Sequence record: SRR31156797_5074
Strand: one strand, 5' to 3'
DNA length: 64,000 nucleotides
In this document: positions 1-10,251 of the stretch, piece by piece
Position numbering within the stretch: the first letter of the stretch is position 1
How the letters are laid out: the number at the start of each line of letters is the position of its first letter
Notes under the pieces: model-generated
Told to the model about the DNA's origin: nothing
The model's database searches: none
Seen by the model: the letters and a program-made list of their open reading frames with translations, nothing else
Made by a program: the position numbers and the translations under genes

Positions 1-72
1 CTGGTTCAGCGAGAATTTATTCGTTCTTAGGGCAAGGCATTGATTTGAAGACATCGTTACTCTACGTAGAAA
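1..72. repeat. Probable truncated fragment of a Vibrio ERIC/MITE-like intergenic repeat
   Basis: GGTTCAGCGAGAATTTATTCGTTCTTAGGGCAAGGCATTGATTTGAAGACA...TCTACGT resembles, from memory, the internal arm of a dispersed Vibrio palindromic repeat; similarity stops near 72; not searched. Confidence 0.4.
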
Positions 73-80
73 TATTTGTG

Positions 81-101
81 TTATTCAAAAAATTCGAATA
101 A
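81..101. promoter_or_regulatory. Inverted repeat, LysR-type binding-site candidate upstream of the FMN reductase
   Basis: TTATTC-N9-GAATAA dyad about 80 bp upstream of the ATG at 183. Confidence 0.35.
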
Positions 102-182
102 TAGATTTCAATTATTCAGCTTGTTCAAAAGGTACTCAAATATTAATCTAGCTCTATCAAAACGCACATAAGGTTTATCATC

Positions 183-713
183 ATGAAAGTTATCGCATTC
201 GGTGCAAGCACCAGCTCAACATCTATTAACAAAGCATTGGCAACTTATACAGCAAACCTGATTGATGGTGCTCAAGTGCAAGTGTTAGATATTAATAACT
301 ACAACGTTCCAATGTTCAGTGAAGATCTGGAAAAAGAAATTGGTCAAGCTGAAGGCGCACAAGGTTTCTTGCGTGATTTGTCGGAAGCAGATGCATTCGT
401 TATCTCATTCGCTGAGCACAATGGACACTACCCGGCAGCTTACAAAAATCTATTTGATTGGGCTTCACGCATCGATCGTGAAATGTTTAAGAATAAACCA
501 GCCGTTTATTTAGCAACCTCTCCGGGTCCTGGTGGAGCATCATCAGTATTAGCGGCAGCGGCAGGTTCAGCACAGTTCTTTGCTGGTAATGTTAAAGCAA
601 CGGTTTCAGTACCAAATTTCTACGACAACTTTGATCTTGAAAGCGGCAAAGTGACTAACGAAGAAGTGGCTACGCAATTGAAAGAAGCGGTAGCTAAGCT
701 GATAGGCTGGTAA
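183..713 (+). CDS. NAD(P)H-dependent FMN reductase (flavodoxin-like)
   Basis: N-terminal GAS-S-SIN flavin loop, EHNG-YPAAYKNLFDW and ATSPG motifs. Confidence 0.9.
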   Translation: MKVIAFGASTSSTSINKALATYTANLIDGAQVQVLDINNYNVPMFSEDLEKEIGQAEGAQGFLRDLSEADAFVISFAEHNGHYPAAYKNLFDWASRIDREMFKNKPAVYLATSPGPGGASSVLAAAAGSAQFFAGNVKATVSVPNFYDNFDLESGKVTNEEVATQLKEAVAKLIGW

Positions 714-743
714 CCCAGTAGCTTAATTGCTCGAACAAAAATG

Positions 744-771
744 ACAAAGCCTCGCGATTGCGAGGCTTTGT
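744..771. terminator. Hairpin/terminator between the convergent FMN reductase and mnmC
   Basis: ACAAAGCCTCGC-GATT-GCGAGGCTTTGT perfect stem. Confidence 0.75.
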
Positions 772-803
772 TGATCTTAAGTTGATTCAGTAGGAATGGC
801 TTC

Positions 804-865
804 ACAAACCGCTCAAGACATCCATGTTTGCTTAGACAAGGGTATCCATGCCCTTGTCGGTCTGT
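804..865. repeat. REP-like double-hairpin element with TCCA loops
   Basis: Outer stem ACAAACCG/CGGTCTGT encloses AGACA-TCCA-TGTTT and GACAAGGGTA-TCCA-TGCCCTTGTC hairpins. Confidence 0.45.
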
Positions 866-899
866 TCACCATGTCTACCTCATCATGAATAAAACAGGA

Positions 900-2918
900 T
901 TACTTATCCGTCAGTGCTTTGCCTTTACGCAGTTTCCTTACCCACATGCGGCTTGGATGGAGAGTTTCCAGTACATCGTTAGGGTATGGGAGAGGATCGC
1001 CACACATCTGTGACGCGAGAGCTTCCGCCAGAAGAGGAGCGGAACTCAATCCCCGCGAGCCTAAGCCAATAAACGAATACAACTGAGGGTATTGCTTAAT
1101 CTCTGGCGCATTTGATTCATTCATAGTATTTAAATGTTGGTATTGCTCAGTAATCTTCTCAAATTGCCCCACATTACCAATGAATGGGAGATGGTCTCGG
1201 CTGACACAGCGAATACCCTGACGAGATTCGTTGCCACTCACATCAACTCTGTTCGGCCATGATTGGTGTGGTAAGCAATGCTCCAGTTTCGCCGCGTTAT
1301 CAACTTGCGCTTGTGGGTCAAACTCTTGGTCTAAATGGGTGCGGTCGTAACTAGCACCGATACAGTGGTGCTGGTTATTTGGATTGCAGGGTGTCATATA
1401 TCCGTCGTAGCAGAGTACTGTATTGAGCTTGCTGAGCGTTTCATTGGTTGGAATATGGCTGACTTGCCCTTTCACTTTACCGAGTGGGACAGATTCCGTT
1501 TGCGTGAAGCTATCGAACAGGTGACCCGTTGCAATCACGACCGCTTGATGCTGACAGGTTTTGTCCCCAGAAGTGAGTTGCCACTGCTGTGTTTCTTCTA
1601 GCCAATTTAGCTCATCGATTTTGTGGCCATAGTGAAGTGAAAGTTTGCCTTGCTGTGCTAAATCGTCGAGTAATCCTGTGGTTAGTTGCGCTGGAGAAAG
1701 CCAGCCACCCATAGGATAAGAGACGCTCTCTACATCAACAGGTAAGCCAACGATTGTATTGGTTTGTTCTTTGTTGAGCTTAACCACTAGTTCTGAGCTA
1801 AAGTCCGCTTTAAACATACCATTGAGCTTTTTGGCCGACTTGTCGTCCCACATCAGTTGGGTAACACCACACCAATCATGGTCAAAGGAAATCGTTTGTG
1901 CTGCCTGATCGATGAATTGGCGAGCAAACAGAAATGCGGGCGCGAAAACACGTGACAACGAGTTGTGCTCGCCATTAATCAGCGGATAAACCGCTCCTTG
2001 GCGGTTGCCTGATGCCCCTTGTGCTGGAGCTTGGTCTTTACAATAAAGCGATACCGAAACACCTCGATCTGCTAACTTCTTCGCTAGTGCTGCACTGGCA
2101 ATACCGCCACCAATAATCGCGACATCGGTTAGGTTATTGGTTTGTTCGATATGAAACCAAGGTTTGATGTTGGTATAAGCGTCTTTCTGGGTCAGTGCTC
2201 CTGCGATCATTTCACGTTTAGTGCCAAAGCCTTTGACTTTTTTCATCTCAAAGCCAGCTTCGATCAGCCCACGACGCACAAATCCCGCAGCGGTAAAGGT
2301 TGCACAAGTACAATCCTGTTTCGCTAACTTAGCCATACCGTTGAACAGATCTTGATTCCACATTTCAGGGTTTTTGCTCGGGGCGAAGCCATCCAAAAAC
2401 CAAGCGTCGACAACCCCTTGGTTCAGTGTCGGAACTTTTGGCATGCAATCTTTAATGTCACCGAACCACAAATCGAGCGTGATCGCACCATCGGCTAGCA
2501 CAATTCGGTGGCATTCAGGTACTGCAATCGGATAATATTCATGGAGTTGCTGTGCGTACTCCGCGAGTTCTGGCCATGATTGATGAGCCTTGATTAAATC
2601 ATTTTTACTGAGAGGATATTTCTCAAAACTGATGAAATGCAGCGATTGGAGTTTCGCATCGGGGTTTTGCTGTCTAAACTTGTCAAACCATTGCCAAACA
2701 GCGAGGAAGTTTAAACCTGTTCCAAACCCTGTTTCGGCAATCACAAAACGCTTTCGGTCATATTTTTGCCATCTTTGCGGGAGATGATTTTGGGTTAAAA
2801 ACACGTATCGGGTTTCTTCCAGTCCATTGACGTTAGAAAAATAGACGTCATCAAACTGGTCAGAAACTGGCGTACCAGCATCGTTCCAGCCAAGTTGTGC
2901 GTTAGTAATGGAAGTCAT
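900..2918 (-). CDS. mnmC: Bifunctional tRNA mnm5s2U34 methyltransferase / FAD-dependent oxidoreductase MnmC
   Basis: [40 protein letters not shown] motif; divergent from fabB. Confidence 0.97.
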   Translation of the reverse strand: MTSITNAQLGWNDAGTPVSDQFDDVYFSNVNGLEETRYVFLTQNHLPQRWQKYDRKRFVIAETGFGTGLNFLAVWQWFDKFRQQNPDAKLQSLHFISFEKYPLSKNDLIKAHQSWPELAEYAQQLHEYYPIAVPECHRIVLADGAITLDLWFGDIKDCMPKVPTLNQGVVDAWFLDGFAPSKNPEMWNQDLFNGMAKLAKQDCTCATFTAAGFVRRGLIEAGFEMKKVKGFGTKREMIAGALTQKDAYTNIKPWFHIEQTNNLTDVAIIGGGIASAALAKKLADRGVSVSLYCKDQAPAQGASGNRQGAVYPLINGEHNSLSRVFAPAFLFARQFIDQAAQTISFDHDWCGVTQLMWDDKSAKKLNGMFKADFSSELVVKLNKEQTNTIVGLPVDVESVSYPMGGWLSPAQLTTGLLDDLAQQGKLSLHYGHKIDELNWLEETQQWQLTSGDKTCQHQAVVIATGHLFDSFTQTESVPLGKVKGQVSHIPTNETLSKLNTVLCYDGYMTPCNPNNQHHCIGASYDRTHLDQEFDPQAQVDNAAKLEHCLPHQSWPNRVDVSGNESRQGIRCVSRDHLPFIGNVGQFEKITEQYQHLNTMNESNAPEIKQYPQLYSFIGLGSRGLSSAPLLAEALASQMCGDPLPYPNDVLETLHPSRMWVRKLRKGKALTDK

Positions 2919-3044
2919 AGTAGGAAAAATCTTTCAAATTCGGCGAAATATTGCTGAGATTGTACGGATTTATGGGAAAGCTGACCACTTTTGCAGTCCT
3001 TCTTCGTTATCATTTAGCGAAATATTGAATAATAGGAATGTCAC

Positions 3045-4256
3045 ATGAAACGAGTCGTAATCACCGGTATGGGTATTGTTTCAAGTATCGGTAACAACGT
3101 CGAAGAAGTTTTATCGTCTCTGAAAGCTGGCAAATCAGGTATCACAGGCTCTGAACAATTCAAAGAGCAAGGCCTTCGCTCGCAAGTTTGGGGTAACTTG
3201 AAAATGAACCCAGCTGACCATATTGACCGCAAACAAATGCGCTTTATGGGTGATGCGGCTGCATTTGCATACCTTTCAATGGAACAAGCAATTGCAGATG
3301 CTGGTCTGACTGAAGACCAAGTATCGAACGACCGTACCGGTATTGTTGCGGGCTCTGGTGGTGCATCATCATTAAACCAGGTGGTAGCAACAGATACTCT
3401 ACGTAACAAAGGCGTAAAACGTATTGGTCCTTACATGGTACCTCGTACTATGTCTTCTACAGTTTCTGCTTGTCTTGCAACACCATTCAAAATTCGTGGC
3501 GTGAACTACTCAATCAGTTCAGCTTGTGCAACGTCTGCACACTGTATCGGTCACGCAATGGAACTTATCCAACTTGGTAAACAAGACGTTGTATTCGCTG
3601 GCGGCGGTGAAGAACTGGATTGGTCACTGACTATGATGTTCGACGCGATGGGCGCACTATCAACAAAATACAATGACACACCAGACAAAGCTTCTCGTAC
3701 TTATGATGCAGACCGTGACGGTTTCGTTATCTCTGGCGGTGGCGGTATGGTTGTTATCGAAGAACTTGAGCATGCATTGGCGCGTGGCGCGAAAATCTAC
3801 GGTGAAATCGTAGGCTACGGTGCGACTTCTGATGGCTACGATATGGTTGCTCCATCGGGTGAAGGCGCGGTACGTTGTATGAAGATGGCTATGCAAGGTA
3901 TTGATAAAGTTGATTACGTGAACACTCACGGTACATCAACGCCTGTTGGTGATGTGAAAGAGCTTGGCGCTATTCAAGAAGTGTTCAGCGGTAACAGCCC
4001 TGCAATCTCTGCAACTAAAGCGATGACAGGTCACGCTCTGGGTGCGGCTGGTGTTCATGAAGCGATTTACTCAACACTCATGCTTCACCACGGCTTTGTG
4101 GCTCCAAGTATCAACGTTGAAAACTTGGATGAAGCGGCGCAAGGTCTGGATATCGTGACAGAAGCGCGTGAGCAAGAACTAACGACAGTTATGTCGAACA
4201 GCTTTGGTTTCGGTGGCACAAACGCTACTTTGGTTATCAAGAAATACGAAGCTTAA
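3045..4256 (+). CDS. fabB: Beta-ketoacyl-ACP synthase I
   Basis: [19 protein letters not shown] catalytic Cys, [15 protein letters not shown]. Confidence 0.98.
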   Translation: MKRVVITGMGIVSSIGNNVEEVLSSLKAGKSGITGSEQFKEQGLRSQVWGNLKMNPADHIDRKQMRFMGDAAAFAYLSMEQAIADAGLTEDQVSNDRTGIVAGSGGASSLNQVVATDTLRNKGVKRIGPYMVPRTMSSTVSACLATPFKIRGVNYSISSACATSAHCIGHAMELIQLGKQDVVFAGGGEELDWSLTMMFDAMGALSTKYNDTPDKASRTYDADRDGFVISGGGGMVVIEELEHALARGAKIYGEIVGYGATSDGYDMVAPSGEGAVRCMKMAMQGIDKVDYVNTHGTSTPVGDVKELGAIQEVFSGNSPAISATKAMTGHALGAAGVHEAIYSTLMLHHGFVAPSINVENLDEAAQGLDIVTEAREQELTTVMSNSFGFGGTNATLVIKKYEA

Positions 4257-4280
4257 CCTAATACCAGTGAAGGTAAGAGG

Positions 4281-4398
4281 TTTCCAGAACTGATCAGGTA
4301 AACTGGTCAAACAGACGCAGACTTTGTCCCATGGAGAGCGGGACAGGATCCTTTTGTTCTGGATATAGCCCAGTAGCTTTTAGCTACTGGGCATTTTT
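4281..4398 (+). ncRNA. farS: FarS-like sRNA derived from the fabB 3'UTR
   Basis: Directly downstream of fabB; closing stem TCCAGAAC/GTTCTGGA, central GAGAGCGGGACAGGATCC segment, then Rho-independent terminator; matches recalled V. cholerae FarS location and architecture; 5' end approximate. Confidence 0.7.
4368..4398 (+). terminator. fabB/FarS Rho-independent terminator
   Basis: GCCCAGTAGCT-TTT-AGCTACTGGGC followed by ATTTTT. Confidence 0.9.
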
Positions 4399-4494
4399 AT
4401 TTTTGGGAAGACTTTAGTCCTCGACACTTAGAACGCTTTTTAGCACAATGCCAGCTATAAAACGTGATGTTTAAATTCTGGGTTAAATTCTGTA

Positions 4495-5640
4495 ATGAAA
4501 ATCTTAATTGATGAAAATATGCCTTACGCTGAAGAACTCTTCAGCCAGTTGGGTGAAGTGATTTTAAAGCCAGGCCGAACATTAACTGCAGACGACTTAG
4601 TTGATGTCGATGCATTGATGATTCGTTCAGTGACAAAAGTAAATGAAGCTTTGATCAGCAAAGCGAATAAGCTCAAGTTTGTCGGTACTGCAACGGCGGG
4701 CATGGATCATGTTGACCAAGCGTTACTGGAAGAGCGTGGCATTTATTTTACTGCAGCACCCGGTTGTAACAAGGTAGGTGTGGCAGAGTATGTTGTTAGT
4801 GTATTAATGGTTCTCGCTCAGCAACAGGGTTTCTCTATCTTTGAAAAAACGGTAGGTATTATCGGTGCAGGGCAAGTAGGTACTTACCTATCTGAGTGTT
4901 TAATGGGGATGGGTATTAACGTTCTGCTGAACGATCCTCCTAAACAAGCCGCAGGCGATTCTCGCGAGTTCACGCCACTTGATGAGCTGTTAACTAAAGC
5001 TGATGTCATTACGCTGCATACGCCAATTACCCGCGATGGTGAGTGGCCAACTCATCATCTGATTGGTGAGACCGTACTCAATAATTTAACGGCTGACCAA
5101 ATTCTGATTAATGCTGCACGTGGTCCAATTCTGGATAACACGGCGCTCAAAGCGCGCTTACAAAAACAAGATGGCTTTGTTGCTGCATTAGATGTTTTCG
5201 AGTTTGAGCCGGAAGTGGATATGGAACTGCTGCCACTATTGGCGTTTGCGACGCCACATGTCGCAGGTTATGGTTTGGAAGGTAAAGCGCGCGGTACCAC
5301 CATGATATTCAACAGCTATTGTGAATTCATTCAATCCAGCGAATGTGCCAACCCATCGACTTTGCTTCCTATTGCTCCTATTCCTAAAGTGATTCTGGAA
5401 AGAGAGTGGGATGAAGCAACATTATTTAATTTGATTCAGTTAGTCTACGATGTAAGAAAAGACGATGCGCAGTTCCGTCGAGAGATTGGTCAACCCGGAG
5501 CGTTTGACTTGATGCGTAAGAATTACTGGGACAGACGCGAATACAGTGCCATTACCTTGAAAGGGGATGAGCACTCCAATTTAGCACCACTAGAAAAATT
5601 AGGTTTTAGAATTGAGGTAACCAATGAGCCAGCAATTTAA
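4495..5640 (+). CDS. pdxB: Erythronate-4-phosphate dehydrogenase
   Basis: [31 protein letters not shown]; overlaps asd start by 17 bp. Confidence 0.97.
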   Translation: MKILIDENMPYAEELFSQLGEVILKPGRTLTADDLVDVDALMIRSVTKVNEALISKANKLKFVGTATAGMDHVDQALLEERGIYFTAAPGCNKVGVAEYVVSVLMVLAQQQGFSIFEKTVGIIGAGQVGTYLSECLMGMGINVLLNDPPKQAAGDSREFTPLDELLTKADVITLHTPITRDGEWPTHHLIGETVLNNLTADQILINAARGPILDNTALKARLQKQDGFVAALDVFEFEPEVDMELLPLLAFATPHVAGYGLEGKARGTTMIFNSYCEFIQSSECANPSTLLPIAPIPKVILEREWDEATLFNLIQLVYDVRKDDAQFRREIGQPGAFDLMRKNYWDRREYSAITLKGDEHSNLAPLEKLGFRIEVTNEPAI

Positions 5641-6637
5641 TGTAGCAATTTTCGGCGCAACTGGCGCAGTCGGTGAGACGATGTTAGAAGTTCTCAAGGA
5701 ACGTAAGTTTCCGGTTGATGAACTGTTCTTGTTGGCGAGTGAACGTAGCGAAGGTAAAACCTATCGTTTTAACGGTAAAACGGTTGAAGTTCAAAATGTA
5801 GAAAACTTCGATTGGTCTCAGGCTCATATCGCACTATTTTCAGCCGGCGGTGAACTGTCAGAAAAGTGGGCGCCTATCGCGGCTGATGCAGGTGTTGTGG
5901 TGATTGATAACACATCACAGTTCCGTTACGACTACGATGTACCTCTGGTTGTGCCTGAAGTGAACCCTGAAGCGATTGCAGAGTTTCGTAACCGTAATAT
6001 CATCGCCAACCCAAACTGCTCGACCATTCAAATGCTGGTGGCTCTGAAACCAATTCATGATGCAGTGGGTATTGAGCGTATTAACGTTTCAACTTACCAA
6101 TCTGTTTCAGGTGCAGGTAAGTCTGGCATTGATGAACTGGCAGGCCAAACAGCGAAACTGCTAAACGGCTTACCTGCAGAGACCAGTGCATTTAGTCAGC
6201 AAATCGCTTTTAACTGTATTCCACAAATCGATGTGTTTATGGAAAACGGCTACACCAAAGAAGAGATGAAGATGGTGTGGGAAACACAAAAAATCTTCAA
6301 CGACCCTTCAATTATGGTCAACCCAACCTGTGTACGTGTACCTGTATTCTACGGTCATGCAGAAGCGATTCACATTGAAACTAGCACACCGATTGACGCT
6401 ACTCAGGTAACCGAGCTTCTTCAGCAAACCGAAGGTGTACGTGTATTTGAAGCGGATGATTTCCCAACTCAGGTTCGTGATGGCGGAGGTACGGATGATG
6501 TGTTGGTTGGTCGTATCCGTAACGATATTAGCCACCACAGCGGTGTTAACCTGTGGGTTGTGGCTGATAACGTACGTAAAGGTGCAGCAACCAACGCCGT
6601 ACAAATTGCTGAAGTATTGATTCGCGATTACTTCTAA
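5624..6637 (+). CDS. asd: Aspartate-semialdehyde dehydrogenase (Asd/Usg type)
   Basis: [32 protein letters not shown]. Confidence 0.93.
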   Translation: MSQQFNVAIFGATGAVGETMLEVLKERKFPVDELFLLASERSEGKTYRFNGKTVEVQNVENFDWSQAHIALFSAGGELSEKWAPIAADAGVVVIDNTSQFRYDYDVPLVVPEVNPEAIAEFRNRNIIANPNCSTIQMLVALKPIHDAVGIERINVSTYQSVSGAGKSGIDELAGQTAKLLNGLPAETSAFSQQIAFNCIPQIDVFMENGYTKEEMKMVWETQKIFNDPSIMVNPTCVRVPVFYGHAEAIHIETSTPIDATQVTELLQQTEGVRVFEADDFPTQVRDGGGTDDVLVGRIRNDISHHSGVNLWVVADNVRKGAATNAVQIAEVLIRDYF

Positions 6638-6651
6638 ACATCTATTGATGC

Positions 6652-6684
6652 AAAAAGGAGTGGCTAGTAGCCACTCCTTTTTTT
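6652..6684. terminator. Bidirectional terminator between asd and the GH43 gene
   Basis: AAAAAGGAGTGGCTA-G-TAGCCACTCCTTTTTTT. Confidence 0.9.
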
Positions 6685-6706
6685 GTTGCTTCAAAATATC
6701 AACGGC

Positions 6707-7669
6707 TTATTCAACCCACTCAACTTCTTTTTGTGGAGAGCCCCAGATCGGCATACCCTCTTCAGACCACTCAATCGGTTGAACACAAGCGTGACGGTTT
6801 GGATCCCATAGCGGATCACCTTCAATGCCTTTGTAATTACGCGCGTGATAGATCATGTAATCTTTGCTGCCATCTTTACTGGTGGTAAAGCTGTTGTGGC
6901 CAGGGCCGAAGATTTCTTTCTCTTCTACCGTTTCAAAGATAGGTGTTGGTGATTTAGTCCAGCTCGATGCATCCATCAGATCCGCATTTTCATCGATGGT
7001 AAGCACTCCCATGCAGTAACGCTCGTCAGTTGCACTTGCAGAATAAGTGAGATAAATCTTACCGTGACGATGCAGAATTGCAGGGCCTTCGTTTACTAAG
7101 AAACCACGAACTTCCCAATCAAACTCAGGCTTAGTTAACAGTACGGGTTCGCTGGAAAGCGTGGTTGGTGAATCCATGGTCGCAATGTATAAGCAAGAGT
7201 TACCCGGGATTACCGCATCTTTCTGAGCCCAGATGTAGTACCACTGGCCATTGTGCTTGTAACAAGTTGCATCTAAGCAGAAAGTAGAAAGGCCGCTATC
7301 CACTTGTGTTGGTTCACTCCATTCACCCTCCAGCGGGTTTTCACTTTGAGTCGTAATTGCATACATGCGATGCTGAAAAGCGTTATTCACGATTTCACGG
7401 TTTGGCGCTGCCGCAAAATAAATCGCCCAGGTACCGTCAATATAATGTATTTCAGGAGCCCAGATTAAGTCAGAATATGCACCTGTATCAGGCTTATGCC
7501 ATACGTCTACGATCTCGCTGGTTGACGCCAGCTCATGAATATTCTCGGCTCTGCGCAGTTCAAGGCGGTTGTATTCAGGCACTGAGGCAGTGAAATAGTA
7601 GTAGCCGTCAGTATGCAGATAGACAAAAGGGTCTGCTCTTTGTTCGACAAGAGGGTTTTTAATAATCAT
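6707..7669 (-). CDS. GH43 glycoside hydrolase, alpha-L-arabinofuranosidase-like, no signal peptide
   Basis: NPLVEQRADP (catalytic Asp), WAPEIH, LDAT, VNEGP (catalytic Glu), GPGHNSF, YHAR; start moved to ATG 7669 with AGGAG RBS. Confidence 0.92.
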   Translation of the reverse strand: MIIKNPLVEQRADPFVYLHTDGYYYFTASVPEYNRLELRRAENIHELASTSEIVDVWHKPDTGAYSDLIWAPEIHYIDGTWAIYFAAAPNREIVNNAFQHRMYAITTQSENPLEGEWSEPTQVDSGLSTFCLDATCYKHNGQWYYIWAQKDAVIPGNSCLYIATMDSPTTLSSEPVLLTKPEFDWEVRGFLVNEGPAILHRHGKIYLTYSASATDERYCMGVLTIDENADLMDASSWTKSPTPIFETVEEKEIFGPGHNSFTTSKDGSKDYMIYHARNYKGIEGDPLWDPNRHACVQPIEWSEEGMPIWGSPQKEVEWVE

Positions 7670-7720
7670 TGTGGCTCCTAACCATGAACGACATGGCATG
7701 AAAATAGAAAATCTTTTTAA

Positions 7721-8719
7721 TTAAGCTGACTCACGAGGAATTAAATCGCCTTCGACTTTCATCATGTACACCTCTGGTGACGAAGAAGAGAGGACTGTAT
7801 CTACAGCCATTCGCCCCATTTCATCGTAAGGTAAGTCGACGGAAGTAAGAGATGGAGTCAGTTCACTAGCTAATAACTGGTTATCGTAGCCAATCACTGC
7901 GATATCTTGGGGAATTCGCAAGTTGTGATGAGCAATCGCTTGGTAAACACCAATCGCCATCAAGTCACTGGCGCAAAAAATAGCACGAGGACGCTGTGGA
8001 CCAGAGAGTAGGTTTTCAGTTTCCAAGTAACTCTGTTTTACTGACCAGTTACCCGGTTTAATCCAGTTTTCATTAACAATGATATCGGCATTGGTGAGGG
8101 CTTGGCGGAAGCCTTTAAGACGCTGCATGGAAGCATCTGACCAGCTTTCACCCGTGATCATCGCGATATCTTGATAACCTTTATTCAGTAAGTACTCTGC
8201 AGCTCGATACCCACCTAAAAAATCACAAGTTAAAATACTTGGTATTGTTTGCTGATAGAGAGGATTTGAACAGTTAAGAAATACCAGTGGTAATTTGGTA
8301 TTCATTTTCCCTTCTATTTGAGATGGCATATTGGATGCGAGGATTAACGCGTCATAGCCACTGTTCTCAATGACGCTGAGCATGCTCGTTTTTAGCTCGT
8401 CGTTGTCTTCATAGTCGAAGACAGTGAGTATGGCGTCTAACTCCCATGCTCTGACTTTGGCGGCTGTGATCGCGTTAATAAATGGGTCGTGCATGTTCAT
8501 ATTATTAGTCAGTAGAGCCACACGACGATGACTTTGCGCGTGCATAACATTGGACTTGAACTTGTAGTTCAACTCTTTCGCCTTTTTAAGCACTTTATCA
8601 CGGGTCTCATCAGAGACTTTCACGTTGTCTGAACCGTTCAGAATAACTGAAACAGTTGGTTGTGATACGCCTACTGCCGTGGCGATATCTAACATGGTGA
8701 CTTTTTTCTTCTTTCGCAT
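7721..8719 (-). CDS. LacI-family transcriptional regulator
   Basis: VTMLDIATAVGVSQPTVS HTH and C-terminal IPQDIAVIGYD..PSLTSV; start either ATG 8719 or GTG 8746. Confidence 0.93.
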   Translation of the reverse strand: MRKKKKVTMLDIATAVGVSQPTVSVILNGSDNVKVSDETRDKVLKKAKELNYKFKSNVMHAQSHRRVALLTNNMNMHDPFINAITAAKVRAWELDAILTVFDYEDNDELKTSMLSVIENSGYDALILASNMPSQIEGKMNTKLPLVFLNCSNPLYQQTIPSILTCDFLGGYRAAEYLLNKGYQDIAMITGESWSDASMQRLKGFRQALTNADIIVNENWIKPGNWSVKQSYLETENLLSGPQRPRAIFCASDLMAIGVYQAIAHHNLRIPQDIAVIGYDNQLLASELTPSLTSVDLPYDEMGRMAVDTVLSSSSPEVYMMKVEGDLIPRESA

Positions 8720-8747
8720 AACTCTACTTCTATTTTGGGTATTCACA

Positions 8748-8780
8748 CCCTTTAGGCTACGGTTATCTCAGCCTAAAGGG
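8748..8780. promoter_or_regulatory. Intercistronic stem-loop after the solute-binding gene
   Basis: CCCTTTAGGCT-N11-AGCCTAAAGGG perfect 11-bp stem with no U tract. Confidence 0.6.
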
Positions 8781-8803
8781 ATTGAGAGTGAAAGTGCCTA
8801 GCG

Positions 8804-10117
8804 TTATAGGTTACTTAGCATGTCATTGATACGGTTTTCTGCATCAGCTAATGCTTCGTCTACGCCTTTAGAACCCATGATGGCTGCGGCTAACTCTTCA
8901 CCGATAATATCTTGCAGTGCCCATTGGCGTTTAACACCAGCAGGAAGACCACGACCCGTTTGAGTCACAGACAAGATATCTGAGCGGTGTGGTAGAGATA
9001 GGAAGTTCTCATCTGTTAACACAGCCGATACGCTTGGTAAGTGACCTGTACGAGCCCATTGACCATCATTTTCTGCGAAGAACTTGAACATTTTCGCAAT
9101 CGCCGCATCTTTTTCGTCATCACGACGTTTGTTAGGCACGACCCATGAGTGTCCGTCTACGTAATGTGCTTTTGCACCTTCGTATAGGAATGGGTAAGGA
9201 ACAGCTTCATAGGCATTGTATAGTGGGCTATCAGCTTGTTTAGACTGTTCGTCGTATGAGCTTAGTAGCCAGTTACCGTTCAACAGAATACCGCCTTGAC
9301 CGTTGCTAAATGCTGAAACAGTTGCTGGGTAATCCATGTTCTTCGTTGTTAAGCCTTCTTCGTAAATCGTTCTGAACAGATTTAGGATATTTTTGGCTTC
9401 CGGTGTTTGCAGTGAAACCTTATCTGGATTAGCGAAGAAGTCACTGTTTTGTTGGAACAAGTAAGTGTAGAAAAGACGTGTATAAGCCGCTGTTTCATTA
9501 GATAGAATCTGAATAAAGTAGGGTTTACCTGTCTTCTCTTTGAACTGTCTTGCTTGTGCCAATAGTTCTTCTGCTGAGTTTGGTACCATAGGTTTGCCAT
9601 CGGCAGTAACCAGACCCGCTTGTTTCATTAGGTCCATATTGACGTGGAACAGCATTGTCCAGGTATCAATTGGTAGACCGTAGAATTCGCCGTCACGAGT
9701 GACGCCATCAGCAGCGGTTGGGGTAAACGTCGACTTGTCGATGTTCTCTTGTTTGAGGAAATCATCAACAGATACGATTAGATTACGCGACTGATAGTCA
9801 GAAATGACAGAGTTATGCATGGTCACTACATCAGGTGGCGTGCGAGAAGCCATTTGGGCTGTTAGCTGGTCGTATCCCGGCCATTCAACTGTGGTTACTC
9901 GTACATCGATATCAGGGTTTTCTGCGTCAAACTTGTTAAGTAGAGTCGTCATGATTCCACATTCACCGTTTGCAGCGCTAACATCCACAGAATTTGCGTA
10001 TTCTGCTTCACAGGCACCGAAAACGCGCTGAACGTTTAATTCCGTTTTTGCAACAGCACTGCCGGCAGACAAAAGGCAACCGATGGCTAATGACAAAGTA
10101 GAGATGTAGGGTTTCAT
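8804..10117 (-). CDS. Carbohydrate ABC transporter solute-binding protein (family 1)
   Basis: Sec signal ending AVA; PPDV, YGLP, FSNGQGGILLNGNW, TGHLP motifs; Cys pair near the N-terminus. Confidence 0.92.
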   Translation of the reverse strand: MKPYISTLSLAIGCLLSAGSAVAKTELNVQRVFGACEAEYANSVDVSAANGECGIMTTLLNKFDAENPDIDVRVTTVEWPGYDQLTAQMASRTPPDVVTMHNSVISDYQSRNLIVSVDDFLKQENIDKSTFTPTAADGVTRDGEFYGLPIDTWTMLFHVNMDLMKQAGLVTADGKPMVPNSAEELLAQARQFKEKTGKPYFIQILSNETAAYTRLFYTYLFQQNSDFFANPDKVSLQTPEAKNILNLFRTIYEEGLTTKNMDYPATVSAFSNGQGGILLNGNWLLSSYDEQSKQADSPLYNAYEAVPYPFLYEGAKAHYVDGHSWVVPNKRRDDEKDAAIAKMFKFFAENDGQWARTGHLPSVSAVLTDENFLSLPHRSDILSVTQTGRGLPAGVKRQWALQDIIGEELAAAIMGSKGVDEALADAENRINDMLSNL

Positions 10118-10251
10118 ATCTAAAAGCCTTATTTTTATTGGTTTGTTGTTTGCCTACTTATATACGTCCTTAAGTAGGCGGTTTGTGTATCGGTAAAGCT
10201 TATTTGTTTGAATCTTTTGTGTTTCTTTAGAACTATTTTCTTTACTTAGAA

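Noticed and set aside
2975..2991. Possible FadR site upstream of fabB (GACCACTT half-site)
   Set aside because: Only one half matches the AACTGGTCnGACCAGTT consensus; plausible but not supportable from sequence alone
4288..4310. FadR-like half-sites AACTGATC and AACTGGTC downstream of fabB
   Set aside because: Better explained as the two arms of an RNA hairpin within the FarS-like region
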